A stretch of 48,384 nt of DNA, from the NCBI GenBank assembly GCA_039798785.1, contig JBDKFG010000033.1:1-48384 (forward strand), written 5' to 3'. The DNA comes from Verrucomicrobiota bacterium. Its GTDB lineage: Bacteria; Verrucomicrobiota; Lentisphaeria; Lentisphaerales; Lentisphaeraceae. The position numbers and the translations under genes were made by a program. Each line of letters opens with the position of its first letter. Position 1 is the stretch's first letter. Below the pieces are notes generated by a model. The model did not search any database and had not been told where the DNA came from. It worked only from the letters and a program-made list of their open reading frames with translations. Positions 26,635 to 35,516 of the stretch are shown here, one piece after another.

Positions 26635-27567
26635 ATGCGCACTCTCCTCCTCCTCGTCCTCCTGCTTTGCGGCTGCCTCAGCCGTCCCGCCCCCGCCGAA
26701 TCCCTGCAGCAATGCTGCGGCGTCGTCCTCATCGACGGGCAGCAGCAAGGTTCGGCCGCAATCGTCTCGGCGGAGGGCCTCGTGCTCAGCGCCGCCCATG
26801 TCGTCCGCGGACGCGACGGCCGGATCTCCTGGTTTTCCGAGTCTCTCGGCCATCGCGAATTGAACATCGTCGCCCTCGACCCGGCGCATGATCTCGCCCT
26901 GCTGAAATTGAGCGGCAGCGAACTGCCCCTCGCGCACCTCGACATCGCCCGCCGCGAAGCCGCCCCCGGGGAGGAGGCCTGGCTCTACGGCAACCCGATG
27001 ATGCGCCGCGACTACCTCGTCCCTGGCCGCTGGGGCATGACCGCCCCGCAATGCATCTACCTGCCGGATCAGAAGCTCTTCGCCGAACTCCGCCCGGTTA
27101 CGGGAGCGGCCGTCCCCGGATTTTCCGGCGGGCCCTGGGTCAATGGTGATGGAGAAGTCTGCGGCGTCCAGTCTGCGATCATCCTGATGAGCCAATCCTC
27201 GGTCGGCCTCAGCCACGCAGCCCCCCTCGACGCCATCAGAAGCCTCGTCGCCAAGCCTGTTTCGACCTCCATCGGAGATCTCGGACTGATCGTTGATTCG
27301 CTCTACGAATCCTCGCCCGCTGAACGCCGCAAGATCGCCGGGGATGCCCTTGATGGGGCCGTCGTCCGCAGCCTGCAGAAATCCAGCCCGTGCCGGGATC
27401 AAATCCAGGTCAACGACGTCATCACCGCCGTCGACGGCGACACCATCGTCAGCAGCGGCGATCTGATCCAGAAGATCCGCCGCTTTGCTCCTGGTCACAA
27501 GTTCAAAATCACCTTGCGGCGCGATGGAAGACAGCTCGAGGCGGAGATCCTGTCCACCGCTTTGTGA
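26635..27567 (+). CDS. Trypsin-like S1C serine protease with PDZ domain (HtrA/DegP-like), probable lipoprotein
   Basis: Catalytic triad motifs SAAHVV, DLALLK, GFSGGP; PDZ DVITAVDG; lipobox LCGC. Confidence 0.85.
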   Translation: MRTLLLLVLLLCGCLSRPAPAESLQQCCGVVLIDGQQQGSAAIVSAEGLVLSAAHVVRGRDGRISWFSESLGHRELNIVALDPAHDLALLKLSGSELPLAHLDIARREAAPGEEAWLYGNPMMRRDYLVPGRWGMTAPQCIYLPDQKLFAELRPVTGAAVPGFSGGPWVNGDGEVCGVQSAIILMSQSSVGLSHAAPLDAIRSLVAKPVSTSIGDLGLIVDSLYESSPAERRKIAGDALDGAVVRSLQKSSPCRDQIQVNDVITAVDGDTIVSSGDLIQKIRRFAPGHKFKITLRRDGRQLEAEILSTAL

Positions 27568-27673
27568 TGAGAAGAAACATCCTCGACGAGATTTTCTTTG
27601 CCGGAAATCTCGCATTTCGCTGGCAGCGCCCGTAGATTGGGGGGATAGCCGTAGAAAACCCACAGGAATCCGC

Positions 27674-29275
27674 ATGAGCAGCGCCGTCCTCCCCCGAGAC
27701 GAAATCCCCGACCGTCTCAGCCCCCTTCTGGTCAAAGAAATCCGCCAGAGTCTTCGGACCCGCGCCTTCACCTTGAGCTTCGCCGGCTACCACGTGCTGA
27801 TGCTCGCCATCCTGCTCACCTACGGCAGCTTCGACGGCAACGCGAAGAGCAGCGTCATCCTGCTCTTTGCCGCCGCCTTCCCGATGATCTTCATCCCGGC
27901 GGTGCGCGCCGGCGACGCGCTGAACTCGGAGATCCGCGGCAAGACCATGGAGATGCTCTACCTCAGCCGCCTCGACGCCTGGCGCATCGTCTGGGGCAAA
28001 TGGGTCGGCTCGATCGTCTTGATCTTCCTCTTCTTCAGCTCCTCCCTCCCCTATGTCGTCGCCCGCTACTTCATCTCCCGCGGCAACTTCCTCAACGACC
28101 TGATGGTGATGAGCGCCCTCGCCGCGGCGGCGACGGTGCTCTCCGCCATCACCCTGTGCATCTCCAGCGCCCTGCCGAAGATCCCCTTCGCCGGCGCCTT
28201 CCGCGGCCTCCTCGGGCTCGGCTGCGCCATCGGCGGCACCATCGGGCTCTTCTCACTGACCAGCATCCTCCTCTTCGAAGAGCGCATTCTCGGCTCCAGC
28301 GACACTTTGATGATGGTGCTCGCCGTCGCCCTGCAAGCCCCCGCCGTAGTCGTCCTGATGCTCAGCCTCGCCGCCAGCGGCATCGCGCCGGAATCGGAAA
28401 ACCACGCCTGGGTCCGCCGCCTCTGCATCTTCGCCTCCATCCTCCTCGGCTGCCTCGCCTTCAGCTTCAACGACAAGCCGGTGCAGTTCATGATCACCTT
28501 CCTGATCTGGCTCACCGTCTTCGTCGTCGACGCCTTCGCCCCCGAATGCGGCAACGCCACCGCCTTCCGATGCCTGTGGAAAGGCCGCTTCGGCGCCTCG
28601 AAAAGGCTCTTCCTGGCGCCCAACTTCCAGTCGGCGGCGATCTTCCACCTCAGCCTGGGGACGATCTTCACCGTGCTTTTTGCGGCCCTGGTGTCCTACA
28701 AGTACCAGTCGGGCGGAAGTGAACCCAGCCCCATCGAATATTTAGTCTTCTTCAGCCTTCCCATCGTCGCGCTTTTCCTGATCGGCGAAATCGCCGGACG
28801 CCTGCCCAATATTCGGATCGTCAGCATGATGCTCACGGCAACCTTTTTTGCCAGCCTCGTCTCATGGGTCATTGTCCCGGAGAGGGAATTCCTCGAAGCC
28901 GGACTTTTCCTCGCCATCGCCATCCCTGCCCTGATCGCACCGCTGGCGATGCTCCGCATGCTCTGCAAACCGAGCCAGCTCCTGCCCCTGTATGTCGCCT
29001 TCCAAGGCCTGCATATGCTCACCGCTTCCGTCGTCGAATCGATGCAGGACAATCGCCACGAAGGTCCGATCTGGATCGTCCCCTTCCACGCCGCCGTGCA
29101 TGTCGGCGACAACTTCAATGCTTGGGAGCCAAGCTCCATCATGCCAAGCACTCACATCATCTACGCCTTCCTCACCTGGGTGATCATGATTCCCTTCTTC
29201 ATCTATCTCTACCAGAGCGGCACCCGCCACCGCCTCCGTCTGGAGGAAGCCCGGGTCTTGGAGCGCGGTTCATGA
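27674..29275 (+). CDS. Polytopic membrane protein, ABC-2 permease-like N-terminus
   Basis: SPLLVKEIRQSLR, EIRGKTMEMLYLSRLDAWRIVWGK; many TM helices; RBS AGGA. Confidence 0.7.
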   Translation: MSSAVLPRDEIPDRLSPLLVKEIRQSLRTRAFTLSFAGYHVLMLAILLTYGSFDGNAKSSVILLFAAAFPMIFIPAVRAGDALNSEIRGKTMEMLYLSRLDAWRIVWGKWVGSIVLIFLFFSSSLPYVVARYFISRGNFLNDLMVMSALAAAATVLSAITLCISSALPKIPFAGAFRGLLGLGCAIGGTIGLFSLTSILLFEERILGSSDTLMMVLAVALQAPAVVVLMLSLAASGIAPESENHAWVRRLCIFASILLGCLAFSFNDKPVQFMITFLIWLTVFVVDAFAPECGNATAFRCLWKGRFGASKRLFLAPNFQSAAIFHLSLGTIFTVLFAALVSYKYQSGGSEPSPIEYLVFFSLPIVALFLIGEIAGRLPNIRIVSMMLTATFFASLVSWVIVPEREFLEAGLFLAIAIPALIAPLAMLRMLCKPSQLLPLYVAFQGLHMLTASVVESMQDNRHEGPIWIVPFHAAVHVGDNFNAWEPSSIMPSTHIIYAFLTWVIMIPFFIYLYQSGTRHRLRLEEARVLERGS

Positions 29276-29982
29276 AGCTTCTTTTCCTCATCACCGCCCG
29301 CGGCGGCTCGAAAGGCCTGCCTCGCAAAAACGTACTCCCCCTTGGCTGCAAGCCCTTGCTGCATTGGTCGATCGCCTACGCCCGCCTCTTCGCCCGGGAC
29401 GAGGACATCTGCTTGAGCACTGACGACGACGAGATCATGGCCTGCGCCGCCGCAGCCGGGCTGGCAGTGCCTTTCCGCCGCCCCGCCGAGCTCGCCAGCG
29501 ACAGCGCCGGCAGCGAAGGCGTCCTGCGCCACGCTCTCGAGGAAATGGAGAAGCTGCGCGGCTGCCGCTACGCTGGCGTCGTCCTGCTGCAGCCGACCTC
29601 GCCCTTCCGCCGCCGCAGCGACTTCGCCGAGCTCCTGCGACTGCACCAGTTCGATGGCGCCGATCTCGCCGTCACCCTGCGCGAACCCGCCCACAACCCC
29701 CTCCAGGTCGGCTGGCTGCGGCGCGACGACGGCACCTTGCAGCGCCTCGCCGAGCACTCCGCCTGGGACCGCCAGTCGCTGCCTCCGGTCTTCGAGTTCA
29801 ACGGCGCCCTCTACCTCTTCAGCCGCGAACTGCTCGAACGCGGCTGGATGAACCAGGCGCGCCGCCTTCTCGCCCGCACCATGCCGGCGGCGAATTCGGT
29901 CGACATCGACACCCGCCTCGACCTCGACTGGGCGGAATTCCTGCTGCAGAAAAAAGCCGTCGATCTCGACTGGTCCTTCTGA
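29272..29982 (+). CDS. neuA: Acylneuraminate cytidylyltransferase (CMP-sialic/nonulosonic acid synthetase)
   Basis: [42 protein letters not shown]. Confidence 0.85.
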   Translation: MKLLFLITARGGSKGLPRKNVLPLGCKPLLHWSIAYARLFARDEDICLSTDDDEIMACAAAAGLAVPFRRPAELASDSAGSEGVLRHALEEMEKLRGCRYAGVVLLQPTSPFRRRSDFAELLRLHQFDGADLAVTLREPAHNPLQVGWLRRDDGTLQRLAEHSAWDRQSLPPVFEFNGALYLFSRELLERGWMNQARRLLARTMPAANSVDIDTRLDLDWAEFLLQKKAVDLDWSF

Positions 29983-30473
29983 TGGAATCCGGCGACATCG
30001 CCGCCGCGGTGGCCGTGATCCACTCGGAAAGACACCTGCTGCTCCTGCGGCGGGCGCACAACCCCCTCGACCCCTGGTCCGGCCACATCGCCCTGCCCGG
30101 AGGCCGCCTCGAAAGCGGCGAAAGCCTGGTCGACGCCGCCCGCCGCGAGACCTTCGAGGAGACCGGCATCGTCCTCGACCCCTCCCACTGCCTCGGCCCT
30201 CTGCCGCCAGCCAGCGCCGGAAGGCGCCCGATGCTGGTCCAGCCCTTCCTTTTCCGCCTTGACCGGCTCCCTCCGACCCGGCCCGACCCCGAAGAAGTCG
30301 CCTGGGCCGAATGGATCCCGCTCGACGAACTCTCCGACCTGAGCCGCCACCGCCTGCACACCTTCATCCCCGGACGCCAGCATCCCTGCGTCCCGGTGCG
30401 CGACACCCTTCTCTGGGGCTTCACTTACGGCGTCCTGGCCCGCTGGCTGGCGTGGGATGGCCTTCCGGAGTGA
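29982..30473 (+). CDS. Nudix hydrolase (CoA pyrophosphatase-like)
   Basis: Nudix box [39 protein letters not shown]. Confidence 0.85.
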   Translation: MESGDIAAAVAVIHSERHLLLLRRAHNPLDPWSGHIALPGGRLESGESLVDAARRETFEETGIVLDPSHCLGPLPPASAGRRPMLVQPFLFRLDRLPPTRPDPEEVAWAEWIPLDELSDLSRHRLHTFIPGRQHPCVPVRDTLLWGFTYGVLARWLAWDGLPE

Positions 30474-30502
30474 CGGCGATCCGCTTGAGCCCGACTTCCC
30501 CC

Positions 30503-30518
30503 TGGCACGCTTTCTGCT
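30503..30518 (+). promoter_or_regulatory. Sigma54 (-24/-12) promoter upstream of fliO
   Basis: TGGCAC-GCTTT-CTGCT matches the TGGCAC-N5-TTGC consensus with correct GG/GC spacing. Confidence 0.65.
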
Positions 30519-30531
30519 TCCGACTCGAAGC

Positions 30532-31092
30532 ATGCTTACCAAAACCACACTCACCCTGCTTCTGGCCCTCGCCGCCAGCCTCCCCGCCCAGGACGCGGCG
30601 CCCTCCAGCCCGGTGCCGTCTGCGGTCACCTCTCCGGCCGCGGAACCCGCCGCGACGCCGCCAGCTGCGGAGCCCGCCAAAAAAGGCTGGTCGGCGACCC
30701 TCAAGGAGAAGCGGCTCGACAAGGAAGCCGCCGCAGTGAGCCCGTCGCAGGCCTTGGGCAAGACCTTCCTCGGCCTCGCCTTCATCCTCGGGCTGATCGC
30801 CGCGATGGCCTGGGCCCTGCGGCGCTGGGGCCGCCGCCTCGGCGTCGCTCCCGGCCAAGGAGAGATGCGGATCAACGGACGGATCACCCTCGACGCCAAG
30901 AACTCCCTCGTCCTGGTGAGGGTCCACGAGGAGGAGCTGCTCCTCGCCGTCGGCCCCAACGGCACGACCTCCCTCGCTCGCTACGCCTTGATCGACCATG
31001 AAAACGACCTCCCCAGCATCGGCGACGCCCAGCGTCAGCGACTGCCTGTCGACGGTCCCGGATCGTCGGAAAAATCCGACAAGGATTTATGA
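30532..31092 (+). CDS. fliO: Flagellar biosynthesis protein FliO
   Basis: Signal-like N-terminus, TM segment, LDAKNSLVLVRVHEEELLLAVG; immediately before fliP. Confidence 0.8.
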   Translation: MLTKTTLTLLLALAASLPAQDAAPSSPVPSAVTSPAAEPAATPPAAEPAKKGWSATLKEKRLDKEAAAVSPSQALGKTFLGLAFILGLIAAMAWALRRWGRRLGVAPGQGEMRINGRITLDAKNSLVLVRVHEEELLLAVGPNGTTSLARYALIDHENDLPSIGDAQRQRLPVDGPGSSEKSDKDL

Positions 31093-31093
31093 A

Positions 31094-31849
31094 ATGCGCC
31101 CGCTGAAATTCATCCTGCTGCTGATGCTGATCCTGGCTCCGGCGCTCGGCGCCCAGGAACTTCAGGCGAAGCCCGGCGAAGTGACGGTGAAACTCGGCCT
31201 GGAAGGAGAGAGTTTCAGCAAGGCGGTGAACGTCTTCCTGATGCTGACCCTCCTGTCTCTGGCGCCGGGGATCATCATCCTGATGACCTCTTTCACCCGC
31301 ATCGTCATCGTCCTCTCCTTCTTCCGCCAGGCGCTCGGGGCGCAGCAGATCCCTTCCGGCCGGATCATCAACGGCCTGGCTCTCTTCCTCACCCTCTTCA
31401 TCATGCAGCCGACCTGGCAGCGCATCCACGACGAAGCGATCCAGCCCTACACCGAGAAGAAGATCAGCCAGCAGCAGGCGATCGATCGCGCCGTCGTGCC
31501 GGTGAAGGACTTCATGCTCGGCCAGATGCTCAAGGGAGAACGAGAGGACGAGCTGCTGCTCTTCATGGACCTGGCCAAGCACCCCGAGGTCGAAGACCCC
31601 CGTGAGCTGCCGATGCGGATCATCATCCCGGCCTTCATCCTGTCGGAACTCAAGATCGCCTTCCAGATGGGCTTTCTCGTCTTCCTCCCCTTCCTGGTCA
31701 TCGACATGGTGGTCTCCACCGTCCTGATGTCCCTCGGCATGATGATGCTGCCGCCGGCGATGGTGTCGCTGCCGATGAAGCTCCTTCTCTTCATCCTCGT
31801 CGACGGCTGGACCCTGCTGGTCAGCGGCATCGTCAACAGCTTCAACTAG
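31094..31849 (+). CDS. fliP: Flagellar export gate protein FliP
   Basis: LSLAP, MTSFTRIVIVLS, PAFILSELKIAFQMGF, LMSLGMMMLPP, LFILVDGW. Confidence 0.95.
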   Translation: MRPLKFILLLMLILAPALGAQELQAKPGEVTVKLGLEGESFSKAVNVFLMLTLLSLAPGIIILMTSFTRIVIVLSFFRQALGAQQIPSGRIINGLALFLTLFIMQPTWQRIHDEAIQPYTEKKISQQQAIDRAVVPVKDFMLGQMLKGEREDELLLFMDLAKHPEVEDPRELPMRIIIPAFILSELKIAFQMGFLVFLPFLVIDMVVSTVLMSLGMMMLPPAMVSLPMKLLLFILVDGWTLLVSGIVNSFN

Positions 31850-31860
31850 CGAGGCGCCAG

Positions 31861-32133
31861 ATGACCGAAGCCCTGCTCCTGGAAGTGATGAAGCACACCT
31901 TGTGGATCATCGGCCTCCTCTGCGCGCCGCCGCTCCTGGTGATCGTCGTCCTGGGCCTGATCATCCAGGTGCTTCAGACGGTGACGCAGCTGAAGGACCA
32001 GTCCCTCGCCTTCATCCCCAAGGCCATCGCCATCGGCATCATGTTCGTCGTCCTCGCCCCCTGGTACGTCCGCGAGTTCGAAGCCTACTTCAAGTATATC
32101 TACGCCCTGATGCAGCCCGACCGCGGACCCTGA
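31861..32133 (+). CDS. fliQ: Flagellar export gate protein FliQ
   Basis: 90 aa; GLIIQVLQTVTQLKDQSLAFIPK. Confidence 0.92.
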   Translation: MTEALLLEVMKHTLWIIGLLCAPPLLVIVVLGLIIQVLQTVTQLKDQSLAFIPKAIAIGIMFVVLAPWYVREFEAYFKYIYALMQPDRGP

Positions 32134-32167
32134 GCTCAAAGTTCAAACTTCAAACCTTCAGGCGCTC

Positions 32168-32947
32168 ATGGAACTCACCTTCGACCTCCAGGCGATCCAG
32201 TTCATGGCGGTGATGTCACGCCTCGGCGGCCTTTTGATCGGCCTGCCCTTCTTCAGCAACAGCCTAGTGCCGATGCGGGTCAAGGCGGGCTGCCTGCTGG
32301 CCTTGTCGGTGATGGTGCTGCCGGTGCTGCCCCCGGCCTGGGCTGCGGGCGGCTTCAGCGGCGTCCTCGACCTGCCCTCGCTGCTGCTTCTGCTCGGCTC
32401 CGACCTGTTGCTCGGACTCACCGTGTCGATCGGGACGATGCTGATCTTCGAGGCGGTGAACATCGGCGCCACCATCCTCGCCAACGAGATGGGCTACAAC
32501 GCCGCCGGCCAGTTCGACCCCTCGACGGAACAGCCTCAGACCGAGATCGCCGTCCTCCTCAACCTCTGCTTTCTCAACGTCTTCCTGTCGTGCAACGGCC
32601 ATCTCGACTTCATCGCCGTCGCGGTCGACTCCTTCTCCTCACTGCCTCCAGGCGCCTTCGCCCTGCATCCCGACCATCACGAAGCGGTGCAGCAGCTCGG
32701 CCAGCTCGCCTTCGACTTCGGCCTGCGCCTGGCCCTGCCGGTGCTGGCGACGATGCTCCTGATCAACCTCGCTCTCGGCCTGATCTCGCGCTTCGCCGAG
32801 GATTTCCAGGTCCTGATGATCTCCTTCCCGATCCGCATCGCCGCCGGCCTCGCGGTGCTCTCCGCCGCCGTGCCGCTCATCCTCGCCGCCTTCCGCGAAC
32901 TCGCCGGCCAGCTCAAGGAACTGCTGCCGCGGCTGGTCGGATATTGA
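32168..32947 (+). CDS. fliR: Flagellar export gate protein FliR
   Basis: PFFSNSLVPMRVK, FDP, NGH, LRLALP, LGLISR, FPIRI. Confidence 0.9.
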   Translation: MELTFDLQAIQFMAVMSRLGGLLIGLPFFSNSLVPMRVKAGCLLALSVMVLPVLPPAWAAGGFSGVLDLPSLLLLLGSDLLLGLTVSIGTMLIFEAVNIGATILANEMGYNAAGQFDPSTEQPQTEIAVLLNLCFLNVFLSCNGHLDFIAVAVDSFSSLPPGAFALHPDHHEAVQQLGQLAFDFGLRLALPVLATMLLINLALGLISRFAEDFQVLMISFPIRIAAGLAVLSAAVPLILAAFRELAGQLKELLPRLVGY

Positions 32948-33031
32948 GCTTCCCGACGCCGCAGCCCTGCCCAAGGCGGCGACTTGGCGTTAAGTTCTGG
33001 CGCCGGCAAACGCGGCCCACGGGAACCTCCA

Positions 33032-34018
33032 TTGAATCCGCTCCTCCTCAGCGCCATCATCGCCATCGCCGCCGTCCTCGCGGCGGGCGCCATCGCCCGC
33101 CGTCAAGGAATTCTCACCGGCGAGGCCGACGCCAGCCTGATGAAACTGGTGATCAACGTCCTCTTCCCTTGCTTCATCTTCTCCAAGGTGACGGGCAACA
33201 AGACGCTGATGGACTGGCACAGCGCCATTTTCATCCCGGCGATCGGCTTTGCGATTCTCGCGATCAGCTTCGGCTTGTGCTGGCTGGCGGCTTCGAAGCT
33301 CTGTCCCTTGCCGGAATTCCGCGACCCCCGCAAGCTCCGCACCTTCACCGTCTCCACCGGACTGCAGAACTACGGCTACATGGCGATCCCTTTGATCGAT
33401 TCGCTCTTCCCGGACTCCGCCATGATAGGCGTCCTCCACGTCCACAACGTCGGCGTCGAAATCGCCCTCTGGACTCTCGGCGTCATGATCTTCGCCGGCG
33501 GACTTAAGGGAGAATGGTGGCGCAAGGTCCTGAATCCGCCCACGGTCGCGGTCTTCCTGTCGATCTTCCTGAACCTGAGCGGCCTCTATCAGTATTTGCC
33601 GAAATTCTGTCTGAAAACCGCCGAGATCATCGGCCAGGCGGCGATGCCGATGGGCATCCTTCTCGTCGGTGCGACCATTTACGACTATTTGCCGAAGGAA
33701 TCCGGTGGCCTCCGCAAGATGCTGCGTCAAGCGCTTCCTTTGGTCCTGCTGGCCAATGCCATGCGTTGCCTCATCCTTCCCGGCGTGATCCTCCTGATCG
33801 CGGTGAAACTGCCGGGGATCAGCCTTGAGCTCCGCCAGGTCCTGGTGATCCAGGCGGCAATGCCTGCTGCCTTCCTGCCGATTGTCATGGCCAAGCATTA
33901 CGACGGCGATGCCGAGACGGCTTTGCGAATCACCCTATCGAGCCTCTTCCTCGGACTGGTGTCGATCGGCTTCTGGGTTTCCGTCGGCTTGCATCTGCTG
34001 AAAGGATCGAGGCTGTGA
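33032..34018 (+). CDS. AEC (auxin efflux carrier-like) family transporter
   Basis: LFPCFIF, NYGYMAIPL, LNPP, QAAMP; probable TTG start at 33032 (uncertain). Confidence 0.82.
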   Translation: MNPLLLSAIIAIAAVLAAGAIARRQGILTGEADASLMKLVINVLFPCFIFSKVTGNKTLMDWHSAIFIPAIGFAILAISFGLCWLAASKLCPLPEFRDPRKLRTFTVSTGLQNYGYMAIPLIDSLFPDSAMIGVLHVHNVGVEIALWTLGVMIFAGGLKGEWWRKVLNPPTVAVFLSIFLNLSGLYQYLPKFCLKTAEIIGQAAMPMGILLVGATIYDYLPKESGGLRKMLRQALPLVLLANAMRCLILPGVILLIAVKLPGISLELRQVLVIQAAMPAAFLPIVMAKHYDGDAETALRITLSSLFLGLVSIGFWVSVGLHLLKGSRL

Positions 34019-34443
34019 GCACTCTCGATTCCCATTCCTGGAAGACCCGCTTCTGGAGTATCACCGGCTGGTTTTTTGCATTTTTGGCCTTCATCGGCGC
34101 CCTGCTGCCAGCGATTCCGACGACACCCTTTCTGCTGCTCGCGCTTTACGCCTTCTCGCGCAGTGACAAGCGGATGGTGCGCCGCATCCTGCGCAACAAG
34201 ACCTACGGCAGCTACCTGCGCGACTACCTGCGGGGACGCGGCATCCCCCTGAGCGCCAAGATCGCCATGTTCACGGTCCTCGCCGCTTCGATCTCGCTGA
34301 CGCTCTGGCTGACCGCCCGCAGCGGCGTCAGCCAGGGTCTCCTGATCTTCACCACACTTTCCGCCATCTGCGTCTTCGTCGGCGTCAACTGGCTGGTCCT
34401 GCGCGAACCGACGCGTCGCGCGCCCAAGAAGCCCAACTCGTAA
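34015..34443 (+). CDS. YbaN/DUF454 family membrane protein
   Basis: IGALLPAIPTTPFLLLA...FSRS...GIPLSAK. Confidence 0.85.
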   Translation: MSTLDSHSWKTRFWSITGWFFAFLAFIGALLPAIPTTPFLLLALYAFSRSDKRMVRRILRNKTYGSYLRDYLRGRGIPLSAKIAMFTVLAASISLTLWLTARSGVSQGLLIFTTLSAICVFVGVNWLVLREPTRRAPKKPNS

Positions 34444-34462
34444 TTCGTAATCGGAGGTTCTG

Positions 34463-35194
34463 ATGAAGCTCACCGAAGTCTCGATCGATCTTGCCGTCGA
34501 TGGCGGCACCATGCGGTGCCGGATGATGGACGCCCTGCCGAAACGTCATCGGCCGGCGCTGGTTTTGTATTCCGAGATCTTCCAGCTCACCGGCCCGGTC
34601 TTGCGCCTGGCGCGATTCTATGCCGGCCACGGCTACCGCGTCTATGTGCCCGAGGTTTATTGGCGCCGCCTGCCGCCCGGCACGGTACTCGGTTACGATG
34701 ATGCCGGCCGCGACCTCGGCAACAGCCTCAAGCCCTTGACCCCGATGGCCGATTACGACCTCGGACTGGCAGCGATCCTCGAGCATGGCCGCAAGGACGG
34801 CCTCGACCGCTTCGGCGCCGTCGGCTACTGCCTCGGCGGACACCTCTCCTTCCGCGCCGCCCTGTCACCCGAGCTCAGCGCCAGCGTCTGCTTCTACGGC
34901 ACCGACCTGCATGGCGCCAGCCTCGGCCCGGCCGGCGAGTGCGACACCCTGGCGCGCTGCCGGGAAATCTCCGGCTCGCTGCTGATGATCTGGGGCCGCC
35001 AGGATCCGCACATCCCTCTCGAAGGACGCCGCTGCGTCCAGGCGGCTATCGAGGCCGCCGGCACCGATTACGAATGGCACGAATTCAACGCCTCGCACGC
35101 CTTCGGGCGGGACGAAGGGGAGCGCCACGACCCTGAGCTCAGCCGCAGCGCCCACGGCCTGGCGATCGACTTCCTGGCGCGGCACCTGAAGTGA
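34463..35194 (+). CDS. Dienelactone hydrolase family protein
   Basis: SEIFQ, GYCLGG nucleophile, QDPHIP, HAF. Confidence 0.9.
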   Translation: MKLTEVSIDLAVDGGTMRCRMMDALPKRHRPALVLYSEIFQLTGPVLRLARFYAGHGYRVYVPEVYWRRLPPGTVLGYDDAGRDLGNSLKPLTPMADYDLGLAAILEHGRKDGLDRFGAVGYCLGGHLSFRAALSPELSASVCFYGTDLHGASLGPAGECDTLARCREISGSLLMIWGRQDPHIPLEGRRCVQAAIEAAGTDYEWHEFNASHAFGRDEGERHDPELSRSAHGLAIDFLARHLK

Positions 35195-35499
35195 GCTTGC
35201 CGCTGATCAATGACGATGTTCGCCGGGCTTACTGGCTGATCTTTGCCGCACTGGCACTCCTGACCTTCGCCTGGCCCGATGTCTGGCTCCTGCATCAGCC
35301 GGTCGCGGCTTTGATGGGGCCCTTTCTACTTTTCCGTCTCGAGTGGCAGCTGCAAGGCTTGCTGTGGCTCCTGCTCTGCCTGGCTTTGATCCTGCCGCTG
35401 GCCTGGCGGCGGCACCTGGCCAGCCGGCTTTCGGCTTGTTTGGGTGGCCTCTTGTGGCTGATGATCGGCTGGCAGGCGGGCGGTTGGCTCTACGCCTGA
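35191..35499 (+). CDS. Small hypothetical membrane protein
   Basis: GTGA overlap with the upstream gene; 3-4 hydrophobic segments. Confidence 0.55.
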   Translation: MSLPLINDDVRRAYWLIFAALALLTFAWPDVWLLHQPVAALMGPFLLFRLEWQLQGLLWLLLCLALILPLAWRRHLASRLSACLGGLLWLMIGWQAGGWLYA

Positions 35500-35516
35500 A
35501 CCCGATCGGCGCTCCC

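Noticed and set aside
30532..32947. fliPQR as injectisome (SctRST) genes
   Set aside because: Presence of fliO and a FliP with N-terminal signal-like segment favours the flagellar system
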